This document shows, piece after piece, positions 48,204 to 58,706 of a stretch of 64,000 nt of DNA. The translations under genes were made by a program, and so were the position numbers. Under the pieces are notes generated by a model. It was not told the origin of the DNA and did not search any database. It saw only the letters and a program-made list of their open reading frames with translations. The stretch's first letter is position 1. Every line of letters starts with the position of its first letter. This DNA comes from an uncultured delta proteobacterium (GTDB lineage Bacteria > Myxococcota_A > Polyangia > Polyangiales > Polyangiaceae), in assembly GCA_963696385.1 (NCBI GenBank), contig CAVOKF010000003.1, positions 512,001 to 576,000 on the forward strand. The letters are read 5' to 3'.

Positions 48204-49300
48204 CAGGTCTGCCTGTCCGTTAGTGCGAGGACCGCGGTCTCAAGAAGCGCGCGCCCCGCGGACGTCAGCTTGGTCCTATCGAGCGCGGCCCGTGCCTCGC
48301 GGACGAGGACGCCGATGCGGCTTTCGATGCGCGCGCGAATGCCGCATGCCTCGAGGCGGTGGATCGCGGCACGCAAGTCCCACTCGCTCGCATCGGGACG
48401 ACCCAGGACGTGAGCGAGATCGTCGCCGAGACCCTGATTCAGAGCCTCCACGACGACGGCGCTCCGTTTCCCCGCGCGCAGGTCGTTGCCCGCTGGCTTT
48501 CCCATGATTGCGGCATCACCGAACACGCCAAGCACGTCATCGCGCATCTGAAATGCAACGCCTAGTGGGTCTGAAAACGCCGCGAGCGCAGCGACCTCGG
48601 CGTCCTTCGCCCCGGCGAGGCGCGCGCCGATCGCGACGGGGCCTCGCACAGTGTAGCTCGACGTCTTGAGCGCGTGCATGGCCTCCACCGCGGCCAAATC
48701 GCACGCGCCGTTGCCGACGTCGAGCACTTGTCCTTCCACAACGTCCTCCTCGACGCGTGCGAGCTCTGCGGCCGCTTGGACAACGCGCTCCGAAGGCAAC
48801 GCGACGTCGAAGAGCGCGCCGCGAGCCCAGGCGGCCGCGAGATCCCCGGCTAGGATGCTCATGGCGTCCGCGCGGGCGCCCGAAAAACGCAGACGCATCA
48901 CCGCGGGGACGCTCGGACCGCCACGCCGCACGTCATCCCCATCCATCCAGTCGTCGTGCGACAGCAAATAGGTTTGCAAGAGCTCGAGCGCGACGCAGGC
49001 AGGCGCCACGACATCGATTCCCCCCTCTCCCCCGTGCGCTTCGTACGCAGCGGCGAGTAGCACGCAGCGCATCCGCTTGCCTCCGCGCAACGCCAGATCG
49101 GACAAGGCACCTGCGACCGCTTCGACGTCCGGCCCGCGCTTGCGGGCCGTGGTGATTCGACGCTCGAGGGTGGCGGCGAGCCGTTCCTCCACGCTCGATC
49201 GAACTCGAGCGGCAAAAAGGGCGAAGTCATTGGGCATCGTCGCCGCCGCGTTGCCTTGCGTCGAGCGCGTCCCGTTCAAGTCAGAACCCGGCCGCGTCAT
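48203..49300 (-). CDS. Polyprenyl (GGPP/FPP) diphosphate synthase
   Basis: GGKRMR, HDDWMD...RRG, GQVLD, KT, FQMRDDVLG, DLRAGK. Confidence 0.93.
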   Translation of the reverse strand: MTRPGSDLNGTRSTQGNAAATMPNDFALFAARVRSSVEERLAATLERRITTARKRGPDVEAVAGALSDLALRGGKRMRCVLLAAAYEAHGGEGGIDVVAPACVALELLQTYLLSHDDWMDGDDVRRGGPSVPAVMRLRFSGARADAMSILAGDLAAAWARGALFDVALPSERVVQAAAELARVEEDVVEGQVLDVGNGACDLAAVEAMHALKTSSYTVRGPVAIGARLAGAKDAEVAALAAFSDPLGVAFQMRDDVLGVFGDAAIMGKPAGNDLRAGKRSAVVVEALNQGLGDDLAHVLGRPDASEWDLRAAIHRLEACGIRARIESRIGVLVREARAALDRTKLTSAGRALLETAVLALTDRQT

Positions 49301-49312
49301 CGCGCGCGCCGC

Positions 49313-49341
49313 AGACTAGGGGCGTCCGACTCTGCCGTCAA
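49313..49341 (-). promoter_or_regulatory. Sigma70-type promoter of the mevalonate operon
   Basis: Minus strand TTGACG-N17-TAGTCT, ending about 13 nt before the ATG at 49300. Confidence 0.6.
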
Positions 49342-49435
49342 CTTTCCAACGGGGAAATTTTGACGCATCTACGCGGACTTTCATGTCTTGCTGAACGTCT
49401 AGCAGCCCCCTCGAAGGGGCCCTAAGCTCGGGCGG

Positions 49436-50527
49436 ATGATCTCCATTGGGCAACGCAAGGCGGACCACTTGGCGATCTGCGCCGAGCAAGACGTTGGTTT
49501 TCGCCGCGCGTCGACGCTGCTCGAATGCGTGCACTTGGTGCACGACGCGTTGCCCGACCTCCGAACGGACGAGATCGACGCCCGTGTCGTGCTGTTCGGC
49601 AAGCGGTTGCGCGCGCCGATCGTCATCGCGTCGATGACCGGCGGGACCGAAGAAGCGGGTCGGATCAACCGAGACCTCGCGAGCATTGCCGAGGAGCGAG
49701 GCTACGGATTCGGCCTCGGCAGTCAGCGCGCGATGCACTTGCGCCCTGGCGCGAGCGCCACCTTTCGCGTGCGCGAAGTCGCGCCCACGGCGCTCGTACT
49801 GGGCAACGTCGGCGTCGTTCAGGCTCGCGCGATGAAAACGAGGGAGATCCGCTCGCTGGTGGAAGACGTGGGCGCAGACGCCCTCTGCGTGCATCTGAAT
49901 CCGGCGATGGAGCTCGTCCAGCCTGGAGGCGATCGTGATTTTTCAGGAGGCCTCGAAACCATCGCGCGGCTGGTGGCCGATCTGGACGTACCGCTGATCG
50001 TCAAGGAGACGGGATGCGGCATCTCGCCGAGCGTTGGGAAGCGGCTGCGGTCCGTCGGGGTCGCACATGTCGACGTGTCGGGGGCCGGCGGTACTTCATG
50101 GGTCGGAGTCGAGACGAAGCGCGCCGCTCTGAGCGGTGACGAAGCGGCACGAAGCCTCGGAGAAGCTCTGTGGGACTGGGGGATTCCGACGGCGGCGTCG
50201 GTCGCGCTGCTCTCGCCCCTCGGGTTCGAGACGATCATCGCCACGGGCGGCATCGGCGCCGGCCTCGATGTCGCCCGCGCCATCGCCCTGGGGGCTACCG
50301 CCGCCGGCTTGGCCCGCCCGGTGCTTCGCGAGATCGCAGCGCGCGGTCGCGCGGGGGCCACGGCTTTTCTCGAAGGTGTGGAGACCGAGTTGCGGGCCAC
50401 GATGTTGCTGACGCGCAGCCCGGACGTCTCCGCGCTGCGCCGGGCGCAGAGGGTGGTGACGGGCGAGCTCGCGACCTGGGTCAACCAACTCAGCCGACCT
50501 GGAAACGATGATATCCTTGCCCCATGA
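49436..50527 (+). CDS. fni: Type 2 isopentenyl-diphosphate delta-isomerase
   Basis: RKADHL, MTGG, GSQR, HLNPAME, VKETGCG, GAGGTSW, WGIPTA. Confidence 0.96.
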   Translation: MISIGQRKADHLAICAEQDVGFRRASTLLECVHLVHDALPDLRTDEIDARVVLFGKRLRAPIVIASMTGGTEEAGRINRDLASIAEERGYGFGLGSQRAMHLRPGASATFRVREVAPTALVLGNVGVVQARAMKTREIRSLVEDVGADALCVHLNPAMELVQPGGDRDFSGGLETIARLVADLDVPLIVKETGCGISPSVGKRLRSVGVAHVDVSGAGGTSWVGVETKRAALSGDEAARSLGEALWDWGIPTAASVALLSPLGFETIIATGGIGAGLDVARAIALGATAAGLARPVLREIAARGRAGATAFLEGVETELRATMLLTRSPDVSALRRAQRVVTGELATWVNQLSRPGNDDILAP

Positions 50528-51387
50528 CGGAGTCGAAGGGTCGCGGACCGCGCGAGAGCGACCGGCCCGCTTCGGAGGTCGCGGGAGAGCTGAAGGAGAA
50601 GCGCGACGCATTCTTGCACACGTTTTTTCGGCGGGGAGCTGAGCTCACCGAAGAGCTCGTGGGCGAGAACCGCCTGCTGCGCGATCAGATCGCGTCTCTC
50701 GAAAACGAAAACGCAGGCCTAAAGACTCAGCTTGCAAGCGACAGGGCCATCCGCGACTTGCTGGCGAAGATCGAAGACCTCGAACGTGAGAAGGCAAGGC
50801 TTCTTTCGCGAGTCAACGACCAGGCCACGATCACCCATCGCGTTGCCGAAATCGAATTGGAGCTCGAGAGCTTCGCCAATCTCTACGTTGCGAGCTTCCA
50901 GCTCCACTCGACGCTGAACGTCAGAACCACGGTCCGCCATGTGCGGGAGCTGCTCGCGCAACTGGTGGGAGCCCGCTCCGTCGCGATCTATCTCATCGAC
51001 GACGTTGAGCGAACTCTCGTGCCGATTGCGACCGACGGCGTCGACATCGGCACACTGGCCACGATAGCGGTTCGCGACGGGTCGACCGCCTCGCCTCTTG
51101 AGGCCATCGTCGAGCGGACGTACCTGACCGGCGTTGCGCACGTGGACGAAGCCGACCCCGTGGGTCACCCGGCAGCATGCATTCCTTTGCAGATCGAAGA
51201 CCGAACGGTCGGGGTCATCGCCGTCATCGCTCTGCTGGACCACAAGAAGGGCTTCGTGACCGTCGATCGAGAGCTGTTCAAGCTGCTCGGAGCGCATGCC
51301 GGCAGTGCCGTCGTCGCGGCCTATCTTTGGAGCCAGGCGGGAGGACGCCTCCCGAGTCCTGACTCGCTCCGAGAACTCTGTGCTTAG
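50524..51387 (+). CDS. Coiled-coil plus GAF domain protein
   Basis: Heptad N-terminus, ANLYVASFQLHSTL, ACIPL..VGVI..ELFKLLG; ATGA overlap with fni. Confidence 0.85.
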   Translation: MTESKGRGPRESDRPASEVAGELKEKRDAFLHTFFRRGAELTEELVGENRLLRDQIASLENENAGLKTQLASDRAIRDLLAKIEDLEREKARLLSRVNDQATITHRVAEIELELESFANLYVASFQLHSTLNVRTTVRHVRELLAQLVGARSVAIYLIDDVERTLVPIATDGVDIGTLATIAVRDGSTASPLEAIVERTYLTGVAHVDEADPVGHPAACIPLQIEDRTVGVIAVIALLDHKKGFVTVDRELFKLLGAHAGSAVVAAYLWSQAGGRLPSPDSLRELCA

Positions 51388-51438
51388 GATGGACATGTCC
51401 GCCGACCGACCCACCGCTGACCGAGGAAGCCTTCCGCG

Positions 51439-51825
51439 ATGACCGTTCAATATTCGTGCCTCGTGGTCGAAGACTCACCGATGATGCGACAGTTGCTCGT
51501 CCTGGCCCTCTCGCGCCTGAAGAGTCTCCGCGTCACCGAGGCCGATGATGGCGTCGACGGCCTTCGAAAGTTGGCGACGGGCAAGTTCGACATCATTCTC
51601 ACCGATATCAACATGCCGATCATGGACGGCCTGAAGCTGGTCAAACGAGTTCGGAGCGACCCGACCCACAAGGACGTGCCGATTGTCGTCATTACGACCG
51701 AGGGATCCAGCGAAGATCGGCAAAGGGCCCTCCAGCTTGGGGCGAACGCCTACATCACCAAGCCCATCCAGGCCCCGCAAGTGATTGCCAAGGTCCGAGA
51801 ACTGCTGAAGATAGAAACCCCGTGA
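51439..51825 (+). CDS. Single-domain CheY-like response regulator
   Basis: VVEDS, TDINMPIMDG, TTE, KP. Confidence 0.94.
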   Translation: MTVQYSCLVVEDSPMMRQLLVLALSRLKSLRVTEADDGVDGLRKLATGKFDIILTDINMPIMDGLKLVKRVRSDPTHKDVPIVVITTEGSSEDRQRALQLGANAYITKPIQAPQVIAKVRELLKIETP

Positions 51826-52436
51826 CGCGCATCAAGATCTGCGGCGTGACGTCTGTCGAGCAGGCTTTGGCCTGTGTGGAACTCGGCGCGGACGCCATCG
51901 GCATCAATTTCGTTGCCTCGAGCCCTCGCCGCATCGACCTCGCGACTGGGCGCGCCATCGCTCAATGCGTCGGCTCCCGAGCGCTCGTCGTGGCCGTGGT
52001 GGCCGACATGGCGGTCGACGCGATGCTCACTCTGCGCGACGAAACCGGCGCCGGCTGCTTGCAGCTTCATGGCGACGAGCCGCCCGACGCCGTCGCCGCT
52101 CTGCTTCCGCATGCCTACAAAGCTATCCGCATCGCCGGCCCGGACGACGTCACGCGCGCCGAGGCCATGCCCGGCGATTGCATCCTCGTCGACGCGATGG
52201 TTGCCGGGACAATCGGCGGAACCGGACACGCGTTCGATTGGTCGCTCGTGAGCCAGCTAGCGCGCCGCCGCCGATTGGCTCTGGGGGGCGGGCTGCGGGC
52301 CAACAACGTGGTCGCAGCCATCGACCAAGTGAAGCCATGGTGCGTCGATGTGGCGAGCGGCGTCGAGACCTCCCCCGGCATCAAGGACTTGACTAAGGTC
52401 GAGCAGTTCGTCGGGGCCGTCCGAGCGACCCGCTAG
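51822..52436 (+). CDS. trpF: Phosphoribosylanthranilate isomerase
   Basis: IKICGVT, SPR, QLHGDE, GGTGHAFDW, VDVASGVE. Confidence 0.96.
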   Translation: MTRIKICGVTSVEQALACVELGADAIGINFVASSPRRIDLATGRAIAQCVGSRALVVAVVADMAVDAMLTLRDETGAGCLQLHGDEPPDAVAALLPHAYKAIRIAGPDDVTRAEAMPGDCILVDAMVAGTIGGTGHAFDWSLVSQLARRRRLALGGGLRANNVVAAIDQVKPWCVDVASGVETSPGIKDLTKVEQFVGAVRATR

Positions 52437-52486
52437 CGATCTCGACTCACTCCGCGGTCCGGACTCTGCGGCATGGTGCGGAGCCG

Positions 52487-53860
52487 TCACCGCGACCATT
52501 TGAGTGCGGTCCTTTCGACCATCGCGGCCCGGGGGTCGGCCTCTCGTTCCATCCCGTCGAGCAAGGCGTCCGCCGGCGTACGGCCCGCGCCAACGAGCCG
52601 TTTCAATCGCGCGAGATGTTTGCGCTCGTCCTGACCTGATCCATCGACGAGTCCCCGTCGTTCGAGGCCGCCTTCCGCGATCGAGACCAGACGCTCGGCG
52701 ATCTCCGCCAAGGGGCGACCGCGAAAAGGCTCCCGCAAACCGCCGCGCCAGGCTCGCGTGCGAAGCTCCGCGACTTCTTCGTAGGACCAGCCATCGATCA
52801 ACGCTTCGGCTTCCGACATTGCGCGCTCGTCGTAGAACACGCCCGTCCAGACCGCCGGCAATGCACAAGCCATGTCGGTGGACTGCATGTCCGCGCCGCG
52901 GATCTCGATCGTCTTCTTGAGTCGGACCTCGGGGAACAGGGTGTTCAGGTGCACCGTCCAGTCGTCGACGAGCGCGGTGCGTCCTTCGAAGCCGTTCTGC
53001 CAAAAGTTGCGAAACGTCTGCCCCGTGTTCGCGATCGCGTGACCGTTGCGCATGATGACGAACATCGGGGCATCGAGCGCCCACTCGACGTAGTCGTCGA
53101 AGCGCGCTTGCGCCCTCCATAGAGTCGGAAGCAAACCGGTCCGGTCGGGATCGACATCGAGCCAGACTCGGCCACGGTACGTGAGGCCTCCGTGGGGTTT
53201 TCCTTCCTTCCACGGACTGTTGGCGAACATCGCCGTCGTCAACGGAGCCAGCGCGAGCGCCACACGCATTTTACGCATGGCATCGGCCTCGCTCGCGTAG
53301 TCGAGGTTCACCTGCACGGTACAGGTGCGAAGCATCATGTCGAGCGCGTGCGCTCCGCGCGTCGGTAAGTACTCGCGCATGATGCCGTAGCGCTGCTTGG
53401 GGACCCAGTCGAAGTCTTCGCGCCGTGCAAAAGGATGGAAGCCGACGCCCAGCCAGCGCACCCCCATGGCACGAGAGAGGGGGCCGAGCTCTCGCATGTG
53501 CGTTCGGAATTCGGCGCACACTTCGTGGATGTTCGTCGCCTGCGCCCCGGACAGCTCGAGCTGCGCGCCCGGCTCGAGCGTCACCGCACCGCCGCCTCGC
53601 TGGAGCGCAATCACAGGCCCCCCTTCGTGCTCGCGCTGAGGAATCCATGCGTGTTTTTCGGCGAGATCCATGAGCACCCGAGTGATGCTCGGATCCCCGC
53701 GGTAGGGCAGCGGCATGCACGCGCGCTCGACCAGACCGAACTTTTCCATCTCCGGGCCGATATGCCATTGCTCGCGCGGTTTGCACGCACGCAAAAACGG
53801 GATCAAAAGATCCTCCCGCCCACGGATCGGCTCAAGGTCGAGTGTCTCGGTCGTCGTCAC
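52487..53860 (-). CDS. Glutamate--cysteine ligase (GCS2, plant/alphaproteobacterial type)
   Basis: IGPEMEKF, TLEPGAQLELSG, PKQRY, MMLRTCTVQVNLD, FPEVRLK..EIRGAD. Start approximate. Confidence 0.92.
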   Translation of the reverse strand: MTTTETLDLEPIRGREDLLIPFLRACKPREQWHIGPEMEKFGLVERACMPLPYRGDPSITRVLMDLAEKHAWIPQREHEGGPVIALQRGGGAVTLEPGAQLELSGAQATNIHEVCAEFRTHMRELGPLSRAMGVRWLGVGFHPFARREDFDWVPKQRYGIMREYLPTRGAHALDMMLRTCTVQVNLDYASEADAMRKMRVALALAPLTTAMFANSPWKEGKPHGGLTYRGRVWLDVDPDRTGLLPTLWRAQARFDDYVEWALDAPMFVIMRNGHAIANTGQTFRNFWQNGFEGRTALVDDWTVHLNTLFPEVRLKKTIEIRGADMQSTDMACALPAVWTGVFYDERAMSEAEALIDGWSYEEVAELRTRAWRGGLREPFRGRPLAEIAERLVSIAEGGLERRGLVDGSGQDERKHLARLKRLVGAGRTPADALLDGMEREADPRAAMVERTALKWSR

Positions 53861-54008
53861 GGCAGCTCGCTGGGGCAGCGCATCGTCACGTTCGATGCAA
53901 CAAGCGACGCGCGGTGTCGCCATAGCTCAGCGCGTGACGCGTGCGAACGGAAATCGGCCTGTACCCTCGATGATGTTGCTCCGCGAGCGTCGAGCCACCC
54001 TCGATCGG

Positions 54009-56786
54009 TCACGGGTTCGTCACGCCTGCCACGGGAAGACGATCCCGCGGACTCGAGCGGCTGTCCGTGCGCCTGCGATCGACGATGCGAACGCGGCGGA
54101 CGAGAAGATCCAGCAGAAATAACACGATCGCCGCGCCCACGAACCTGGGCCAGAGGTCTTCGTGGTAGCGAATCGACTCGCCGTCCGGATCGAAGACACG
54201 CACGGGCGACGGATCCAGGCTGCCCCCAGTCACCTCCGCGGCGCGCCCGAGAGTCGCCGTATCGGCAGCGAGCGCCAGGTACTCTCGTGGATACGGGTTG
54301 GTCACGTGCCCAAAGCTTTCCGCGACAGTGGCGGTCTTCGTCCTGCCTTGCGCGTCTTCGATCGCCTCGTCGAGCGAGGCGTGCAACAGATACGACCCGT
54401 AGCGCTCGAGCGGAAAGTCGGCCTCGTAACGTCCGGGAGCGGTCTGGCGCATCGGCACTCGACGAGTCTCTCCCGCCGGCTGCGGGCCGGTGACGCTCAA
54501 CGTGGAGTCCAGACCATTTTGAAAGCGGTCGTCCGCTCCGATCGCGTCCAGAACGGCTCGCACGTTCCCTGTCGTAGGATCGACCTCCGCGCGCATGTCG
54601 AAGACTTGCCGCTTCCGCTGCCGCATGTGTTCGCGCACGAGCTGGCCCCAGAACGGTGACCACTGCGGCCAGCGCAACCACTCCACGGCCCACATGTTCT
54701 TGACGTCACTCGTCCAGGCGAGCGTCCACCCGAGTCCGACGTGCCAGCGAGCCAGGATGGGCTCTCCGAGCTCGCTTTCGAGAATCTCTTGAGCGGGGGA
54801 TGCTTTGAGCCTGGTGGCCACGTAGCCGTGCAGAAACGGAGCGCCGGCTACATCGATGCCGCGCAAGAAGTCTGCCGGAGACGCTACGCGCGGTTGGAAA
54901 TACTCCTCGACCACAGCCGCGCGACTGACCATCTCCGTTTCGCGCGTGAAGATCCGCGGCAATGACTGTGGATCGGAAACTCGATAGAAGCGGCCTCCTC
55001 CCAATTCTGCGATGGTGCGTAAGAGCGTCTCGTCCACGCCCCCGCCGAGGCCTACTGTCGTCACGGTGATGTCCTCGGCGGCCATCGCTTGCACGAGGTC
55101 GCGAATTCCGGCCTGTGGCGCTTGTCCATCGGTCAGAAGGACGACATGCTTTCGTTTGGCGCGCGTCGTCGACATCGCCTGATACGCCGTGTCGAGCGCA
55201 GGAAAAATCTCCGTTCCACCGCCGGCCTGTATCCGGGCAATGTCGTTTTGAGTTCGCGCGCTATGCTTGGCGGCGGTCATGCGCACGATCCGGGTTGGTT
55301 GGGAGTCGAATGCGATGACCTCGAGAAGGTCGTCCGCCGCCAAGGTGTCGGCCGTCGCCTTCGCGGCTTGCTTCGCCATTTCGAGTGGCAGCCCCGTCAT
55401 CGACCCGGACCGGTCGATGACCAGTGCCATGGCGACTTCCGGTTCGTCTCGACGCTTCTCGGCATCCATGCGCACCGGAAGGATTCGCTCGATCGTCGTA
55501 TGGCTCCAGCCGCCGAGCCCGAAACCGTTCTCGCCTCCCGCGAACAGAAACCCACCACCCAGATCGCGAACGTACTGCTCGATCGTGTCTTGTTGCGCGA
55601 GCGATACCCGGTCTGCCGGCACATCGCTCAGGACGATGAAGTCGTAGCGCTCCGCCTCTCGAAGGGAGGTAGGCAGCGGATCGAACGTGTCGACGTTCAG
55701 CTGCTGCGCGCTCATTGCCGATGCGAGGTACGAGGCGCGGGCCGGGTTCCCGTCGACGTAAAGAACAACCGGCATGCCGAGCACGGCCGCGACCGCGGTC
55801 GCGCGATTGTTCTCGGTGAAATGGTCCTGCGCCGACTCTGTCACGTCGAGCGAATACGTCACCTCGCCGGGAAAGACCGCCCGACTCTTGAACGTGACGT
55901 CGTTGTCGCCCGCACCGAGTTCGACGACTCGGACTCCCTCGAGCCCGTTGATGACGTCGCCCTGTTTCAGGGTCAACTTCACTTTCTGCGGCACGCTCGA
56001 AAATACCTCGGCGTGAAGATCAAACGTCTCGGCTTCGTGAACTTTATCGGGCACTCGGAGGTCCCGGACCGCCACTTCACCGGGGACCGGACGCTTGGAA
56101 GGCACGGCGAAAACCCGCACTCCAAAGCGCTTGGCGCGATTCGCTTCGGCCAGCAGATCCCCGTCGGTCTGCACGCCGTCGGATAGAACAACCGCACGGC
56201 GCAGGTACCCCTCGGGGTACAAAGCGTAGGCGAGTTGCATCGCGCTCGCGATGTCCGTTGCGGAACCGAGCCCCGCGCCGTGGCGAACGATGCCCCCGAC
56301 GCCACTGTCGATCGACACCGCTTCCGGCCGCTTCGCGAACGTGACGACGCGCACCAAATCCTCTTTCGGTTTTGCCTCGATGGCGCGCCGCACCTCCGCT
56401 CGCGCGTCGTCCAGCGAGCCGTCCGAAATGCTGTCGCTGACGTCGACGAGGTACACCGAGCAAACCTTTTGACTCGTTCCGGTTCTGGCAAATCGGGCCA
56501 GGCCGACGGCGAGAACGGCCACGAAACCGATGCGCAAGAGAACGGACATCACGCGCTGGGCAAGCGGCAAGTCGGCCAGGCTGCGACCGATCATCCAGAG
56601 GAAGTAGGGTACGAGAAGCGCCACACCGAGCATCCTCGGCGCAAGCAGCTCATAGTCCGTTCCGTGGTAGACCCACGCCAGCGTCGGCCCCGCGTACCAG
56701 ACGTACCTCAAATAAGCCCAGAGCCCGAGGGCACCTGCGCCGGCCGCAACCGCGCCGATCGCGATTCCATTCAGCCGCCGGCTCAT
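54009..56786 (-). CDS. Membrane protein with two vWA domains and a glutamine-amidotransferase-like domain
   Basis: MIDAS motifs DVSDS and DRSGS, LSDG/LTDG, GGGFLFAGGENGFG, C-terminal TM. Confidence 0.88.
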   Translation of the reverse strand: MSRRLNGIAIGAVAAGAGALGLWAYLRYVWYAGPTLAWVYHGTDYELLAPRMLGVALLVPYFLWMIGRSLADLPLAQRVMSVLLRIGFVAVLAVGLARFARTGTSQKVCSVYLVDVSDSISDGSLDDARAEVRRAIEAKPKEDLVRVVTFAKRPEAVSIDSGVGGIVRHGAGLGSATDIASAMQLAYALYPEGYLRRAVVLSDGVQTDGDLLAEANRAKRFGVRVFAVPSKRPVPGEVAVRDLRVPDKVHEAETFDLHAEVFSSVPQKVKLTLKQGDVINGLEGVRVVELGAGDNDVTFKSRAVFPGEVTYSLDVTESAQDHFTENNRATAVAAVLGMPVVLYVDGNPARASYLASAMSAQQLNVDTFDPLPTSLREAERYDFIVLSDVPADRVSLAQQDTIEQYVRDLGGGFLFAGGENGFGLGGWSHTTIERILPVRMDAEKRRDEPEVAMALVIDRSGSMTGLPLEMAKQAAKATADTLAADDLLEVIAFDSQPTRIVRMTAAKHSARTQNDIARIQAGGGTEIFPALDTAYQAMSTTRAKRKHVVLLTDGQAPQAGIRDLVQAMAAEDITVTTVGLGGGVDETLLRTIAELGGGRFYRVSDPQSLPRIFTRETEMVSRAAVVEEYFQPRVASPADFLRGIDVAGAPFLHGYVATRLKASPAQEILESELGEPILARWHVGLGWTLAWTSDVKNMWAVEWLRWPQWSPFWGQLVREHMRQRKRQVFDMRAEVDPTTGNVRAVLDAIGADDRFQNGLDSTLSVTGPQPAGETRRVPMRQTAPGRYEADFPLERYGSYLLHASLDEAIEDAQGRTKTATVAESFGHVTNPYPREYLALAADTATLGRAAEVTGGSLDPSPVRVFDPDGESIRYHEDLWPRFVGAAIVLFLLDLLVRRVRIVDRRRTDSRSSPRDRLPVAGVTNP

Positions 56787-58706
56787 ACGGTCACTCGCCG
56801 GTGGTAGGTCGCCCACTCGAGCGTTGTCAACACGGCGGCGATGAGGAGAAGAACCACCCAAATGTCGCGCCGCACTCCCACGCGATATCCGAGGACCGAG
56901 CCGGCGATCCTGCCGTCGACGATCAATTGATCGCGAGGTTCTATGGCACTCTCGTCGGCGTTGACCAGGTTCGCCGCAAACGAAGTCGTTTCCGAGGTCG
57001 GAGCGGCCGTGTCCGTGGATGAATCGGAACGCCGCGCCATCAGATCGTAGAATCCTGCGCGCTCGCCCAGCAAGACCGCCCGCCCGTCGTGCACCGCAAC
57101 GGCTTGCGTCGTACCGTCCGGAAGCTTCACCGTCACGGCTTCCGTCCCGTTGGCCACGGGGACTCGCCAAACCTCGCCCGTGCGATAGCTCGAGAGATAC
57201 CGCGCGTCTTCGTCGGTGAACCAGTCGATGCAGTTCAGAACGAAGAGGGGCCAGGCCGGCCGAAGCGGTAGGTCGCTATCGCGCACGTCGAATCCGAGTG
57301 CGACGAATTTGGCTCCGCTGCGCTCCCCGGCCACGAGAATCGGCGAGGCGCCGCCATCCGCCGCCCCCAATATCTTGTCCCCCGCTTGCGGGACGAGCCG
57401 GTGGCCTCTCGACACGTTGACGGCGTCGAGAGCCAGGAAGCGAACCACGGGATGCTTGCGGTCGAGCTTGTCGAAGCCCGGCGTCTTGAGGTCCCCTTGC
57501 GACGCAACCGGCCCGCCGAGACCTCGCGGATCCAGGTAAAGAGCATTGGTTCCGGGGGCTTGGGCAGGCGTCACGCGATCGAAAATGACCGCGTCCCACT
57601 TCGCCTTGCCCACAGCGCCGGCGTACCCGTCGGGAACGACGTCGGTCACGTCGAGGTATTCGTCGAGCAAAAGCGCCGCCTCGAGATACGTGTTGCCCTC
57701 GGTCACGACCAGAACCTTCGAATCGGCGTCGCTCCGGCAGCAACGCGAACGCGTGGTCGTCGGCGGGCAGATCGTCGTGCGTCCCGTCGGCCCGCGCAAT
57801 CTTGGCCTCGAGCGTTCGACTCGCTCCCGACAGCTGCGGGTAAAAGCGCGGCAAGCGCTCTCCGGGCTTCAATCGAATCGTCGTCAGGTCGACGGGCGTG
57901 CCATCTCCAAGGAGCTGTAGCTCAACGTCCTCGGCCTCCGAACCGGTGTTGGTCAGCTCGAGCATCACTTCGTAACGACTCTTCTCCAGCGGGTAACGAC
58001 GAACGGAAAACTGCGTGATTCCGACGTTTCGGCTCTCGCGGCCCACGCGGACATAGCTCAACTTCACGGCGCCGAGGCGAACGGGGCCCGAAGCGTCGGC
58101 CGCCGTCCCGAGGGCGCCATCGGAGACGACGATGATCTCCGGGCTGTCCGTGCCGCGAAGCGCGTCGATCGCAAAGCGAAGCGCTCGTGGGAAGTCGGCC
58201 CGGGTGTCGGTCCCGCGGATCATGTCTACGGAGCGCTCGAGCGCGGCTGCGTCGCCGGTCATCGGCCCGAGGGGCGTGACGAGCGCGTCCATCTGGGCGA
58301 TGAGGACGCGGTCCGCGCCGTGGAGCCCGCCGACGATTTTCTTGACTTCATTTTGAGCGACGACCAGGCGGTTCGGGCGAACGTCGGTCGCTTGCATCGA
58401 GGCGCTTGCGTCGACCAAGACGACGACCGTCCGCCCGCGAACCAGACTCTCGACAGGTCGGGGGTTGCCCAGGGCCAGCACGAGAATCGCCAAGAGACCC
58501 AGCTGAAGCAGAAGAGACAGAAGCCGCCTGAGCTTTGCGAACAACGTCGTCGCGTCCCGGTCCCGCAGAATCCGTTCCCAAAGAGGCGCGAAGGGCACGG
58601 ACACGACGCGTCGGCGCAGTTTGAGCAAATAGAGGACGACGACGCCCAGACCGGAAGCGCCGAAGATCGCGACCAGCTCGGCCAGCGACAACCCCGTGAG
58701 GATCAC
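56783..58706 (-). CDS. BatA/vWA domain membrane protein; frameshift near 57721
   Basis: YLLKLRRR BatA-type N-terminus, DASASM MIDAS. Removing one base at 57721-57722 joins ERRRSKVLVV to ORF 56783..57799, ending LEW. Confidence 0.85.
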
